Of a DNA stretch of 64,000 bases, positions 21,716 through 35,000 are shown in pieces; the stretch's first letter is position 1; every line of letters starts with the position of its first letter. The position numbers were made by a program, and so were the translations under genes. The notes under the pieces were generated by a model, which saw only the letters and a list, made by a program, of their open reading frames with translations, was not told where the DNA came from and did no database searches. The DNA is from Eukaryota sp. TZLM1-RC (lineage: Eukaryota > Protista > Metamonada: BaSk clade). The DNA lies in the NCBI GenBank assembly GCA_040285825.1, contig JAUPSS010000004.1:2894550-2958549 (forward strand), read 5' to 3'.

Positions 21716-22075
21716 TTTTTATTTTCACTTCAATCTTGTTTTGCTGTTTTGACACTTTCTATGGGATTAGGTTTGGGAAAGTTAATCATTTCTGTTTTAG
21801 AAGTTCGGCTTCTAAATAATTGCTTTAAACTCATTTACCTTTGGTAGTCCTATTTCTAACTCTCTTAATTTTTTTCTGCATTGTATATATATTGTTAATA
21901 AAATCAGTTTTAATTATATTATATGTTATTTTTGATATACAAGATGTGTCTCACCTTTTTTTTGATCAATTTGATTCACAAAAGAGTGAAACTAAGTGAT
22001 TTACCTTTTGTTACCCACTATAAGGTGGATTCTTATTAAAGTATTATTTAATAATAGAACAATAGAATATCAATA

Positions 22076-22519
22076 ATGTAATGTCTGTTGATCCTTGTAA
22101 TGCCTCAAATGAAAGGCTTGTTAATTCTGAAATTCATAATCCCCTTTCAAATGCTGAAAATTTCAAAATCAGAAAATACAATGAACCTTTGTCCAAATTG
22201 ACCAGTCAAGAGCATGCAAAATACAATTTGCATCCATTTGTATTTTCTCTTTTTGGTTCACTTGCTCCAACGGCTATACGTTTTTTGGCAGATTTTGAAA
22301 TGATTGTAAAGAGAAGAACTAACAGAAATTTCAACAGATTGTTCTGGCAAAATAGAATTGTGTTTTCTATTTTTAAGGGGATGTTGAAGATGCTTTCTGA
22401 TGCTTTGCTCTTTCTTGGATCTCATTATGAGAGAGTTGCATCTAGTGTTTTTGTTTTGGGAGAGATGGATTATTTAGATGTTGATTTATAGGTTTTTAAT
22501 AAAATTAATAATACAAAAA
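22076..22519 (+). mobile_element. Family A 3' fragment (diverged)
   Basis: ORF 22081-22491. 15-bp TSD with one mismatch: aatagaatatcaata 22061-22075 and aataggatatcaata 22520-22534. Confidence 0.9.
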
Positions 22520-22964
22520 AATAGGATATCAATATGTAATTAAAATCAAAACCTGACAAATCGTTTAGTTTTAAAGTTGAACCATTCAAAATAAATTTAA
22601 AATACACTCTTCGAACATTACAGAAACGATTTCGTAAATTTGGAAGTGATTAAGTGGAAATCTCTTGAATATTGATTTGAAGAACAGTTCATTTACAGTT
22701 TTGTTGAATCAAATTCCCCAGATTTATGGTCTATTTTTGAATGACGACCAATGGACTACTGCAAAGAGAATGCGTTGTTATTTGTGGCCTTGTAATTTGC
22801 CCAATAATTTGTTTTGCAAATGTGGAGCTGGTTTGACATTATCACATTTATTCAATTACAATACTTTTATTTCATTCAACAACAAATATGAAAACATAAA
22901 ATACACAATTAAAACTCCACATCCTCAAAACCGGCCTCCCCTACATCAAAACTATTAATTGCCA

Positions 22965-24600
22965 AAAATTCTTTTTTTGTCTTGCAATTCACCCAATTTT
23001 GAAAAAATTAAAAGAAGAAAATTCTGACCTTCAAGTGGTAGCCTACATGGATGACATTTCTTGTATTGGTCCAGAAAGTACAATTAATAGGGTTGCTAAT
23101 GAAGCTGCTACATTATACCAATCCATAGGTCTTGAGTTGAATGTTCAAAAATGTTTTTGTATTTCTAGGAAAAATGTTAAGTTAATAATTAATTCCCTTG
23201 AAGTTCCATATATTGATTATACTTCAACTAGTTTCTGCTTTCTTGGTTGCTATTTAGGTTCCGCCGAAAAAACACTTGATAGCCTTGAAAATTATTTAAA
23301 TTCAATTAAAAAAGAGCTAGAAGTCATAAAGACTCTTGAATTGGAAAAACATCTTAAGTTTTTTCTTTTGAAAATTTGTTATGCTGGAAAAATTACTCAT
23401 TTACTGAGATCATTACCTCCATCCCTAACTTACAATTTTTGTAGACAATTTAACAAAATACGTACTGAATTTTTGGCTTATTTAATGTCTGTTGATCCAT
23501 CAATCTTGAAAAATCATATTTTTTCTGATGTTCAACTTGGCGGTGTTGGTTTTAATTCATCAAAATGATTGACCAAAGCTGCTTTTATTGGTGGTGGAAA
23601 AAATTTTGTATTTGAATTTTCTAGAAGATATCCTTTTGCCGAAAATCTTCTTGAAACTACAAATAGCCTATTCCTTGATAACTTAAGAGAAGAAATATCC
23701 AGTTTATCTCCCGACTGCTGGCAATCATGTTTCCCCATATCCATTCAAGAAATTCCAGACTATGTTTTGTTGGCGTTGAAAATAAATTTCATATTTAAAA
23801 AAATAAAAAAAATTCCAGACAGAAGTTTGTATTCTTTGAAATTTGCGTTGAAAAAATTCCAACAACATCTTTTGAAAAAATTTGAAAGCAAGGATTTTAT
23901 TGTTCGACTTAGCACGGCTAAGAAAGAAAATCCTGCTTTTGCAAAATTTTTGATTGATTTGAAGGACAGTTCATCTGCAGTTTTGATAAATCAAATCCCC
24001 CAGATTTATGGCCTATTTTTGAATGACGACCAATGGACCACTGCTATGAGAATGCGTTGTTATTTATGGCCTTGTAATTTGCCCAATGATTTGTTTTGCA
24101 AATGTGGAGCTGGTTTGACATTATCACATTTATTCAATTGCAACAGATTTATTTCTTATTGTTCTACGTTGAATGATGCAGTCAGAGATCAAATCCATGC
24201 AATGTGTAATTCCTATCATATTGGATCATTTGTAGAACCTTTGTTGAGGTCTCTTGTTATAAATGAATGCGTAAGAGATTCAGAATTTGGAACTCGACGT
24301 GCTGATGTTGTCGTGCCCTCGTTTGATGATGTCTTGAATTTTGTTGATGTCGTTACAGTGGAGGTTTGCAAGAAAAATGCCTTGAGAAATGCACAATCCG
24401 AAGTATCTCCCCTTGATGACTCCGAATTGTACAAACGAAAAAAATATGCAAATCCTTTAAAAGAATTGAAACATGTTCGCCATGTAGATTACCAAATTTG
24501 CCCATTTGCTATATCGTTGTATGGATGTCTTGGAAAAACTGCTATAAATTTTATTGATGATTTTGAAAACCTTGTAAAAAGAAGAATGAATAAGCGTTTT
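22965..24600 (+). mobile_element. Family B fragment (RT YMDD to RLE) carrying a tail-only family I insert
   Basis: ORFs 22999-23568 and 23569-24630. Insert 23761-23809 is flanked by TSD aaattccagac (23750-23760, 23810-23820). Confidence 0.9.
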
Positions 24601-25280
24601 TTTATAATTAAAATTTATTTTCAACGCTAACAAAACATTAAACAAAAAAAACTAGAACTCAATATCCTCAATACACGCATCAACATCATCAAATCTTTTA
24701 AGCGCGCGATTTTCATACTCTAATCCTAATTGTAACAGTGCTTTGGTCAACATTTCTCGAATTGCTTTAAGAATACTAAAAAGAATTCTATTGTGCCAGA
24801 AACTGAAGTTCAATTCTTTTCCTGCTCTTTCTTTTATTAAACTTCTGAAACCTTCGAGAAATTTAATGCCAGATATTCCAATGTTACCAAAAAGAGAAAC
24901 AGCAAATGGAACCAGCTGATACTTGACATGCTCAACACATCCTAGCTGAGATAAGGGTTCATTGTACTTTTTGATTTTGCTCTTTTCAGCAAAGCAAAGT
25001 GGAGTTTCATCTTTTTTAGCAAAATCAATTGCTGAGTTTTTACAAACATCAACAGTGACAACATCAACAACTTTGATCACACCATCAGACGCAGGGGTAA
25101 TTAAATCAGCACGGCGTTTCCCAAAAGTATTTTCATCTTCATTTTCAGATGACAACCTTCGCACAAGTGGTTCAACAAAAGCTTCAATGTGATGACTTTT
25201 GCAGATAGCGTATAGTTGGTCTCTGACAGCATCGTGAACAACTGAGCAATATGTAATATTAAATTTGCAATTAAATAAAT
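24597..25280 (-). mobile_element. Family I 3' fragment
   Basis: ORF 24652-25164 (RRADLI, VVDVVTVD, KIKKY, VPFAVSLFG), then AATAAA and poly(A). Confidence 0.9.
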
Positions 25281-25287
25281 TAATTAA

Positions 25288-27697
25288 TTTTTTTTTCTCC
25301 CTCCCTTAGTCAACCCTCTCATATTTCACTTTCTGTCAAGGCGTCAAAGTCTTATTTTTTCTCTGTCAAAACGATGCCATTGGCTGATAGTGACTCTGAT
25401 ACTGATTGGAACTCCCGAGTAAAGATTCTACCAGTCAGATCAAGCTCATCTTCTTCACTTCTCCACTCTCCCCACAATACAAGCTATGCTCGAAATTCAT
25501 CTCAAAAAGATTTTCATTCAAAAACTGATCATTGTACCAGAAAAAACACACAAAAACCACAATTACGATCCTTACGTTCTGTTGCGCGTTCTATCAACAA
25601 CTTCGTTTCTCGAAATTTGTTTTCTCCTGCTGAAACTGGAAAAAGTCAATCTACTTCTACTTTTAACTCACAAATTGATAAAATAGAAAGAACTGAAAAA
25701 ATGAAACCATTGCCATTAAAAGGTTCTAAAAAATGTTCGATTTGTGGTATCAGTGGTCATAATTCGAGAACATGCCCTGAAAAACAAAAACGAGAAATTG
25801 AATTAAAATCTGCTCAACAAATTCTCGAATGTTCTGTTCCAGCTGATGCCGATGTGAAAGTCTCTTTTTAATTTTCAGTTTTGCTGTAAAAAGCTTCAAC
25901 AAAAATTGTCAAAGATTTTTGAAAGCTTGGATTTTGATGTTAGACTTGGCTTGGCCAAGAAAAAGAATCCCGCTTTTGCAAATCTTTTTCAAGATATTTG
26001 TGACAGTACTTCTTCTGCCTTAGTAACAAAAAAATTGCAAAATTGCAGAAACCTCTAACGAACATTTCATTAACTCGGATGTAAATAATCCTCTTCTTGC
26101 AGGCGAAAAATATAAAATTACTAAATATGCGAAACCCATTTCCTCGGTTAATGAAAATTCTCATGCCCAATATAATTTATGTCCATTTGTTTTTTCTTTG
26201 CTTGGATCTCTAGGTAAGGCTGCTATGGCTTTCCTTGAGGATTTTGTTGTAGTTGTAAAGGAAAGAACTGGAAGAATTTTCAATCGTGTTTACTGGCAAA
26301 ACAGGATTGTATTTTCTATTTTTAAGGGAATGGTATCACTAATTTCTGATTCACTATCTTCTTTTGGGAAATTTTCTGAATCTTTAGCGATTAATTGTTT
26401 TGATGTAGGGGAGGCAGGTTTTGAGGATGTGGAGTTTTAATTGTGTATTTCATATTTGTTGTTGAATAAAAATAAATAAGGTAAAAAAAATTGCAGAAAA
26501 AAATCTTGAAAGTTTTAGAAAACTTGGATTATATTGTACGTCTTAGCTTGGCTAAGGAAAAAAATCCCGTTTTTGCAAACTTTTTGATTGATCTTGAAAA
26601 CAGTTGCTCAAGTTGCCTAATCTCCCAAATTCCCAACATTTATGGCCTTCTACTTAATGATCACCAATGGACCACTGCAATGAGAATGAGATGTTTTCTA
26701 TGGCCTTGTTCATTACCAAATGATTTAATTTGTCGCTGCAAGAGTGTTGTTACGCTTTCCCATATTTTAAACTGTAAGTATTTTATAACTTATCGCTCAC
26801 TTGTTCATGACTCAGTTCGTGATCAATTATATGCCATGTGCAAAAGTTTCAATATAGAGGCATTTATTGAGCCACTAGTACGTAAGCTGTCTTCAGATCA
26901 AACTGATGATTCCTTTGGTAAAAGAAGGGCAGATTTAGTAGCTCCAGGGATCGATGGTGTTCTCAATGTTGTAGACGTTGTCTCAGTCGATGTTTGCAAA
27001 AATTCTGCAGCTCGTTTAGTGTATTCCGCTGACTCGCCGTTATCTAACGCCGAAAAAAAGAAGATAAAAAAATATGAAGAACCTTTGGCACAGTTAGGTA
27101 GAGTGGAACATGTGAAATATCAGTTTGTGCCGTTTGCAATTTCTCTTTTTGGCAATATTGGACCTTCAGGGTTGCACTTTTTTGAAAATTTCAAAAAAGT
27201 GTTACTGAATAGGTCTGGTAAAACAATGAACTCCACTTTCTGGTTAAATAGAATTGTTTTTTGCATTTTCAAGTCTATTCCAACAATGATTTCAAAGGCA
27301 CTTTTAGCTATTGGTGTAGAATATGAACGTAATGCTGTGAGTAGGTTCAGTAATAGTGACGCTTGTTTGGAGGATATTGAATTCTAGATGGGTTTTTTTA
27401 TCTCAATAACTATTCCAGTTTTAAAAATAAATAAATATCTAAAAAAAAGTAACAACAATTCCACAAGTTTATGGTACTCTCTTAACCGATTCTGCTTGGA
27501 CTCTGAACATGAGATTTCGTTCCTTTATCTGGCCTGATAATTTACCTCATAATTTAATTTATAAATGTTCTCGAGACATTACAACTACTCATTTGTTAAA
27601 TTATAAACATTTTATTACTGTTAGAAGCAAGGTTCATGATGCTGTAAGAGACCAGTTATATTGTATGTGTAAATCTCATAGAATTGAATCCTTCTTG
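25288..27697 (+). mobile_element. Internally deleted family A element with intact 5' leader, containing family F (26030-27447), which contains family E (26052-26486)
   Basis: Leader T-run/ctccctccc and ORF 25374-25871 with zinc knuckle. F TSD agtaacaa (26022-26029, 27448-27455). E TSD aaaattgcagaaa (26039-26051, 26487-26499). Confidence 0.88.
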
Positions 27698-27946
27698 GCA
27701 ACTCTCTCATAGTGAGATCCAAGAGAAAGCAAAGCATCGGAAACCATCTTCAACATCCCCTTAAAAATAGAAAACACAATTCTATTTTGCCAAAACAATC
27801 TGTTGAAATTTCTGCTAGTTCTTCTCTTTACAATCATTTCAAAATCATCCAAAAAACGTAAAGCAGTTGGTGCAAGTGAACCAAAAAGGGAAAATACAAA
27901 TGGATACAAATTGTATTTTGCATGCTGTAGACTGGCCTATTTGGAC

Positions 27947-30130
27947 AAAACACATCAAATTTTTTATTTTAAAAATTTGTTATTCTGGAAAATTCACTCA
28001 TATTTTAAGGTCAACTCCCCCATCGGTATCTCTCAATTTTTGCAGATCTTTTAACAAACTTCGAGTCAAATTTTTTTCTTCTTTATTAGAAGTAAATGAA
28101 TCTTTAATTCGAAGTCATGTATTTTGTTCAGCAGATTTGGGTGGAATTGGATTCACCAAATCTTCGATTCTGTTCTCAATTTATTGAATTTGCACACTTG
28201 ATTAAATTAAATCATAACTAATGGGACGACTATCATTAAACCAAGATTTCCTCTACAAAATCTTGATTTGCTTGCTGTCTAGCTAAAGCTTCTCTAATTC
28301 GATTGAAAAACCGCGGTAATCTATTAATAATGGCAAATTGAATCCGTGAACGCCATAAAAAAATATCAAATCTTTTCATTGTTTTTTCTTTCACCATTTT
28401 TTGGAAGTCATCCAAAAAAGTTTCTGCTTCAACTGATAATCTTCCATTTATCGAAAATGGGAAAGCAATAAAAACCAGCTGTGTATTTCTATCGACATTT
28501 GCATCTTCAATTTCTTTATCATATTTTCTATGTTTTTCTTTTGCTTTAAAATCCAGAGCAGCCACAGGATTAAGTTTTCTTCTGTGAACCAAAGTATCGT
28601 TTGCAACATTACATGAGACAAAGTCAACAATAGCTTCAGAATTATCAATCCAATCACAGTATACATCACCTCTATCATCAGAACCAAAATTATTCAGAGA
28701 AAGTGTTTCCTTCAGCAGGGGCTCTTTGATACACGGTATCCTTGCAGTTTGTGCCATATTGAAAACAGTGTCTCTAACAGCATCATGTAATGAAGAACGA
28801 TAAGTTATCAATTTAGAGCAATTTAGAGCATGGCGCAAAGTGAGTTGAGGTGAATTCGAACAAATACATTTTTCTTTTGATAATAATTGGTTAATGGGGA
28901 TGTTCAAATATAATCTCATTTTTGTTACATTTTGTTCGATTCTGTGTAAAGCAGCATTTTTGGGAGGTGGTAAAAATTTTGTTTTTGAATTTTTCCAAAG
29001 GTTCCCTTTTGATGTTCATCTGATCAATGGTGAATCAAATTTTTACTTGAATCAACTGCAATTTGAATTAAAAAATTTGCCTAGTGATATCTGGATTCAG
29101 TGTTTTCCTCAAAATGTTCATGAAATTCCCACTCGATCACTTCCAAATTTACGTTTTTGCTTGAAAAAGCTTCAGCACCATCTGGTTAAATTATATGAAG
29201 GCTTGGATTATGAAGTAAGACTTGGCTTGGCCAAAACTAAAAATCCCTCTTTCGGTAATTTTTTAAAGGATATTCGTGATAGTTCAGCTGCTGCTTTAGT
29301 AACTCAAGTTCCCTCTGTTTATGGACTTTTGTTAAAAAACAATGAATGGCTTCTAAACATGCGTTTTCGTTGTTTTCTGTGGCCAAACAATTTGCCCAAT
29401 CATTTAACTTGTAAATGTGGTAAACCTCTTTTGTTTACTCATCTTTTGAACTGTAAACATTTCATTACGTTTAGAAGCAAAGTGCATAATAACGTCAGGG
29501 ACCAAATTTATGTAATTCGCAAATCATATCGAGTAGATTCCTTTTTAGAACCGCTGTTATCAAAATTAATTCTTGATGATCCCAAAACTGATAGTACGCG
29601 TTTCAACAGAGCTTCTATGGGTCTGACTAGAGGTGATCTAGTTGTTCCTGGTTTAAATGGTAGTTTTACTATTTTGGACGCCATGTCTATTGACCCTTGT
29701 AATTCCTCTAACGAACATCTCATTAATTCGGATGTAAATAATCCTCTTCTTGCAGGCGAAAAATATAAAATTGCTAAATATGTGAGACCCATTTCCTCGG
29801 TTAATGAAAATTCTCATGCCCAATATATTTTATGTCCATTTGTTTTTTCTTTGCTTGGATCTCTAGGTAAGGCTGTTATGGCTTTCCTTGAGGATTTTGT
29901 TGTAGTTGTAAAAGAAAGAACTGGAAGAATTTTTAATCGTGTTTACTGGCAAAACAGGATTGTATTTTCTATTTTTAAGGGAATGGTAAAACTAATTTCT
30001 GATTCACTATCTTCTTTTGGGAAATTTTCTGAATCTTTAGCAATTAATTGTTTTGATGTAGGGGAGGCAGGTTTTGAGGATGTGGAGTTTTAATTGTGTA
30101 TTTCATATTTGTTGTTGAATAAAAATAAAA
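27947..30130 (+). mobile_element. Family E element (thumb to RLE) with antisense family D insert at 28174-28934
   Basis: ORFs 27867-28187, 28894-30093 and 28236-28919. D TSD ttcgattctgt at 28163-28173 and 28935-28945. Confidence 0.9.
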
Positions 30131-31838
30131 TTTATTTTGCCAAAACAATCTGTTGAAATTTCTGCCAGTTCTTCTCTTTACAATCATTTCAAAATCATCC
30201 AAAAAACGTAAAGCAGTTGGTGCAAGTGAACCAAAAAGGGAAAATACAAATGGATACAAATTGTATTTTGCATGCTGTAGACTGGCCAATTTGGACAAAG
30301 GTTCAATGTATTTTTTGAATTTAAAATTTTCAGCATTTGAAAGGAAATTATGAATTTCAGAATTAACTAGCCTTTCATTTGAGGCATTACAAGGATCAAC
30401 AGACATTACATCCAATAAAATGAAACTTCCATCTAATCCAGGTAATTTAACATCACCTCTATTATTCTTATGAAAATCATCTTCAGCATCAAACAGATTT
30501 GACAACAGAGGTTCCAAGAAGGATTCAATACTATGAAATTTACACATACAATATAACTGGTCTCTTACAGCATCATGAACCTTGCTTCTAAAAGTAATAC
30601 AATGTTTACAATTTAACAAATGAGTAGTTATTTATTTTGTTCAGCAAATTTGGGTGGTATTGGTTTTACTAAATCTTCAATTTTGTGTCAATCAGCATTC
30701 TTGGGTGGTGGCAAAAATTTTATTTATGAATTTTCTCGCAGATTTCCTGATGATTCTCATCTGTTAGTTCTCAATTGTAGTCCCTATTTGTATGAGTTAT
30801 CTTGTGAACTTGAAAAATTACCGCCACAAATTTGGACCAAATGTTTTCCTCAATCAATTCAAGAAATTCCAAACCGATCTCTATTTAATTTACAGTTTTG
30901 CTGTAAAAAGCTTCAACAAAAATTGTCAAAGATTTTTGAAAGCTTGGATTTTGATGTTAGACTTGGCTTGGCCAAGAAAAAGAATCCCGCTTTTGCAAAT
31001 CTTTTACAAGATATGTGTGACAGTACTTCCTCTGCCTTAGTAACAACAATTCCACAAGTTTATGGTACTCTCTTATCCGATTCTGCTTGGACTCTGAATA
31101 TGAGATTTCGTTCCTTTATCTGGCCTGATAATTTACCTCATAATTTAATTTGTAAATGTTCTCGAGAAATTACAACTACTCATTTGTTAAATTGTAAACA
31201 TTTTATTACTTTTAGAAGCAAGGTTCATGATGCTGTAGGAGACCAGTTATATTGTATGTGTAAATCTCATAGAATTGAATCCTTCTTGGAACCTCTATTG
31301 TCAAATCTGTTTGATGCTGAAGATGATTTTCATAAGAATAATAGAGGTGATGTTATATTACCTGGATTAGATGGAAGTTTCATTTTATTGGATGTAATGT
31401 CTGTTGATCCTTGTAATGCCTCAAATGAAAGGCTAGTTAATTCTGAAATTCATAATCCTCTTTCAAATGCTGAAAATTCCAACATCAAAAAATACAATAA
31501 AGCTTTGTCCAAATTGGCCAGTCAACAGCATGCAAAATACAATTTGTATCCATTTGTATTTTCTCTTTTTGGTTCACTTGCTCCAACGGCTATCCGTTTT
31601 TTGGATGATTTTGAAATGATTGTAAAGAGAAGAACTGGCAGAAATTTCAACAGATTGTTTTGGCAAAATAGAATTGTGTTTTCTATTTTTAAGGAGATGT
31701 TGAAGATGGTCTCTGATGCTTTGCTTTCTCTTGGATCTCACTATGAGAGAGTTGCATCTAGTGTTTTTGTTCTGGGAGAGATGGATTTTTTAGATGTTGA
31801 TTTATAGGTTTTGAATAAAATTTAATTTAAATAAAAAA
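30131..31838. mobile_element. Divergently joined family A fragments (minus 30131-30628; plus 30629-31838 with tail)
   Basis: ORFs 30044-30619 and 30620-31807. Confidence 0.88.
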
Positions 31839-31839
31839 A

Positions 31840-32097
31840 GGACGTTCTTTTGATAAACTTATTTGGAAGAACAGAATTGTTTTCTCACTCTTTAAGGCTC
31901 TACCACGTTATTTTAACTCAATACTTTTAAGTATTACTGAGTTTCACAATGTACGTGCTCATAAACCCGTAAATAGTGAGAATCTACCTTCATTTTGTCA
32001 GTGATCACTTATCTAGAATATTGCTTTGCATTGTTGTTGTTTATAGTAATCTTGTTTGCATTCTTGGAATAAATCCTAATTTATTATTAAAAAAAAA
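31840..32097 (+). mobile_element. Family H 3' fragment
   Basis: Translates RSFDKLIWKNRIVFSLFKALPRYF...NLPSFCQ*, matching the W.NRIVF block of the other families; unique 3' UTR with AATAAA and poly(A). Confidence 0.78.
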
Positions 32098-35000
32098 TTC
32101 ATTTGGTCTTAAACCATCTTCTGGTGTGAAGCAAGGTGATCCTTTAGGCCCATTATTGTTTTGTTTAGCTATTCACAAAACTTTAAATATCATTAAGCAA
32201 AAATACCCTTCTATAAAAATAGTTGCTTATATGGATGATATATCCTTGATTGGTTCATTTGATTTACTAGAATTGGTTGCTCAAGAAATTGCCGATTCAT
32301 ATGAAAATATTGGGCTTCATCTTAATGCGAGCAAATGCCTTCTGATTGGCTCTTCTGCTCAAGATCTCGTGATAAACGATTCTATTGTCCCTTTTACTAA
32401 TTATAGTAGTGATGCTTTTAAGTTCCTTGGTTGTTGGTTAGGAAACGTGCCCCAAATTCAGAATGAATTACAAGTTATTTTGGAAAAAATGAAAATTGAA
32501 CTTGATTCAATTTCTTCTTTTTTTTTGAATTAATTTTAATTTATTATTAAGCTATAGTCTAAAAGTCAATATCTTCAAAACAAGCTTCCACACCATCAAA
32601 CCTCGCAACAGCAATTTCTTCGTAATGTGCACTGACAGACATCAAAGCTTTCGAAATCATTTTAGGAATTGATTTGAAAATAGTAAAAACAATACGATTT
32701 AGCCACAAGCGACGATCAAAACGCTTATTCATTCTTCTTTTCACAAGATTTTCAAAATCATCAATAAAATTCAAAGCAGTTTTTCCAAGACGACCATACA
32801 ACGATATAGCAAATGGGCAAATTTGATAATCTACATGGCGAACATGTTTCAATTCTTTTAAAGGATTTGCATATTTTTTCCATTTGTACAATTCGGAGTC
32901 ATCAAGGGGGGATACTTCGGATTGAGCATTTTTCAAGACATTTTTCTTGCAAACATCCACTGTTACGACATCAACAACATTCATGACATCATCAAACGAG
33001 GGCACAACAACATCAGCACGTCGTTTGCCATATTCTGAATCTCTTACGCTTTCATTTATATCAAGAGACCTCAGCAAAGGTTCTACAAAAGATTCAATAT
33101 GTTAGGAATTACACATTGCATGGATTTGATCTCTGACTGCATCATGCAACGTAGAACGATAGGAAATAAATCTATTACAATTAAATAAATGTGACAATGT
33201 CAAACCAGCTCCACATTTACAAAACAAATCATTGGGCAAATTACAAGGCCATAAATAACAACGCATTCTCATAGCAGTGGTCCATTGGTCGTCATTCAAA
33301 AATAGACCATAAATCTGGGGAATTTGATTTATCAAAACTGCAGAAGAACTGTCCTTCAAATCAATCAAAAAATTTGCAAAAGCAGGATTTTCTTTCTTAG
33401 CCGTGCTAAGTCGAACAATAAAATCCTTGCTTTCAAATTTTTTCAAAAGATGTCGTTGGAGCTTTTTCAACGCAAATTTTAATGAATATAAATTGCTGTC
33501 TGGAATTTCTTGAATGGATATGGGGAAACATGATTGCCATAAGTCAGGAGATAAACTGGAAATTTCTTCTCTTAAGTGATCGAGAAATAGGCTATTTGTA
33601 GTTTCAAGAAGATTTTCGGCAAAAGGATATCTTCTGGAGAATTCAAATACAAAATTTTTTTCACCACCAATAAATGCAGCTTTGGTCAAATATTTTGATG
33701 AATTAAAACCAACACCGCCAAGTTGAACATCAGAAAAAATATGATTTTTCAAGATTGATGGATCAACAGACATTAAATAAGCCAAAATTTTTTTTTGTTT
33801 TTTTAAATATAATTTTATTCTAAACCAATAAATCAACATCTAAAAAAATCCATCTCTCCCAAAACAAAAACACTAGATGCAACTCTCTCATAGTGAGATC
33901 CAAGCGAAAGCAAAGCATCAGAAACCATCTTCAACATCCCCTTAAAAATAGAAAACACAATTCTATTTTGCCAAAACAATCTGTTGAAATTTCTGCCAGT
34001 TCTTCTCTTTACAATCATTTCAAAATCATCCAAAAACGTAAAGCAGTTGGTGCAAGTGAACCAAAAAGGGAAAATACAAATGGATACAAATTGTATTTTT
34101 GCATGCTGTAGACTGGCCAATTTGGACAAAGGTTCATTGTATTTTTGAATTTAAAATTTTCAGCATTTGAAAGGGGATTATGAATTTCAGAATTAACAAG
34201 CCTTTCATTTGAGGCATTACAAGGATCAACAGACATTACATCCAATAAAATGAAGCTTCCATCTAATCCAGGTAATATGACATCACCTCTATTATTCTTA
34301 TGAAAATCATTTTCAGCATCAAACAGATTTGACAACAAAGGTTCCAAGAAGGATTCAATTCTATGAGATTTACACATACAATATAACTGGTCTCTTACAG
34401 CATCATGAACCTTGCTTCTAAAAGTAATAAAATGTTTACAATTTAACAAATGAGTAGTTGTAATTTCTCGAGAACATTTACAAATTAAATTATGAGGTAA
34501 ATTATCAGGCCAGATAAAGGAACGAAATCTCATATTCAGAGTCCAAGCAGAATCGGATAAGAGAGTACCATAAACTTGTGGAATTGTTGTTACTAAGGCA
34601 GAAGAAGTACTGTCACACATATCTTGTAAAAGCTTTGCAAAAGCGGGATTCTTTTTCTTGGCCAAGCCAAGTCTAACATCAAAATCCAAGCTTTCAAAAA
34701 TCTTTGACAATTTTTGTTGAAGCTTTTTACAGCAAAACTGTAAATTAAATAGAGATCGGTTTGGAATTTCTTGAATTGATTGAGGAAAACATTTGGTCCA
34801 AATTTGTGGCGGTAATTTTTCAAGTTCACAAGATAACTCATACAAATAGGGACTACAATTGGGGACTAACAGATGAGAATCATCAGGAAATCTACGAGAA
34901 AATTCATAAATAAAATTTTTGCCACCACCCAAGAATGCTAATTGACACAAAATTGAAGATTTAGTAAAACCAATACCACCCAAATTTGCTGAAGAAAATA

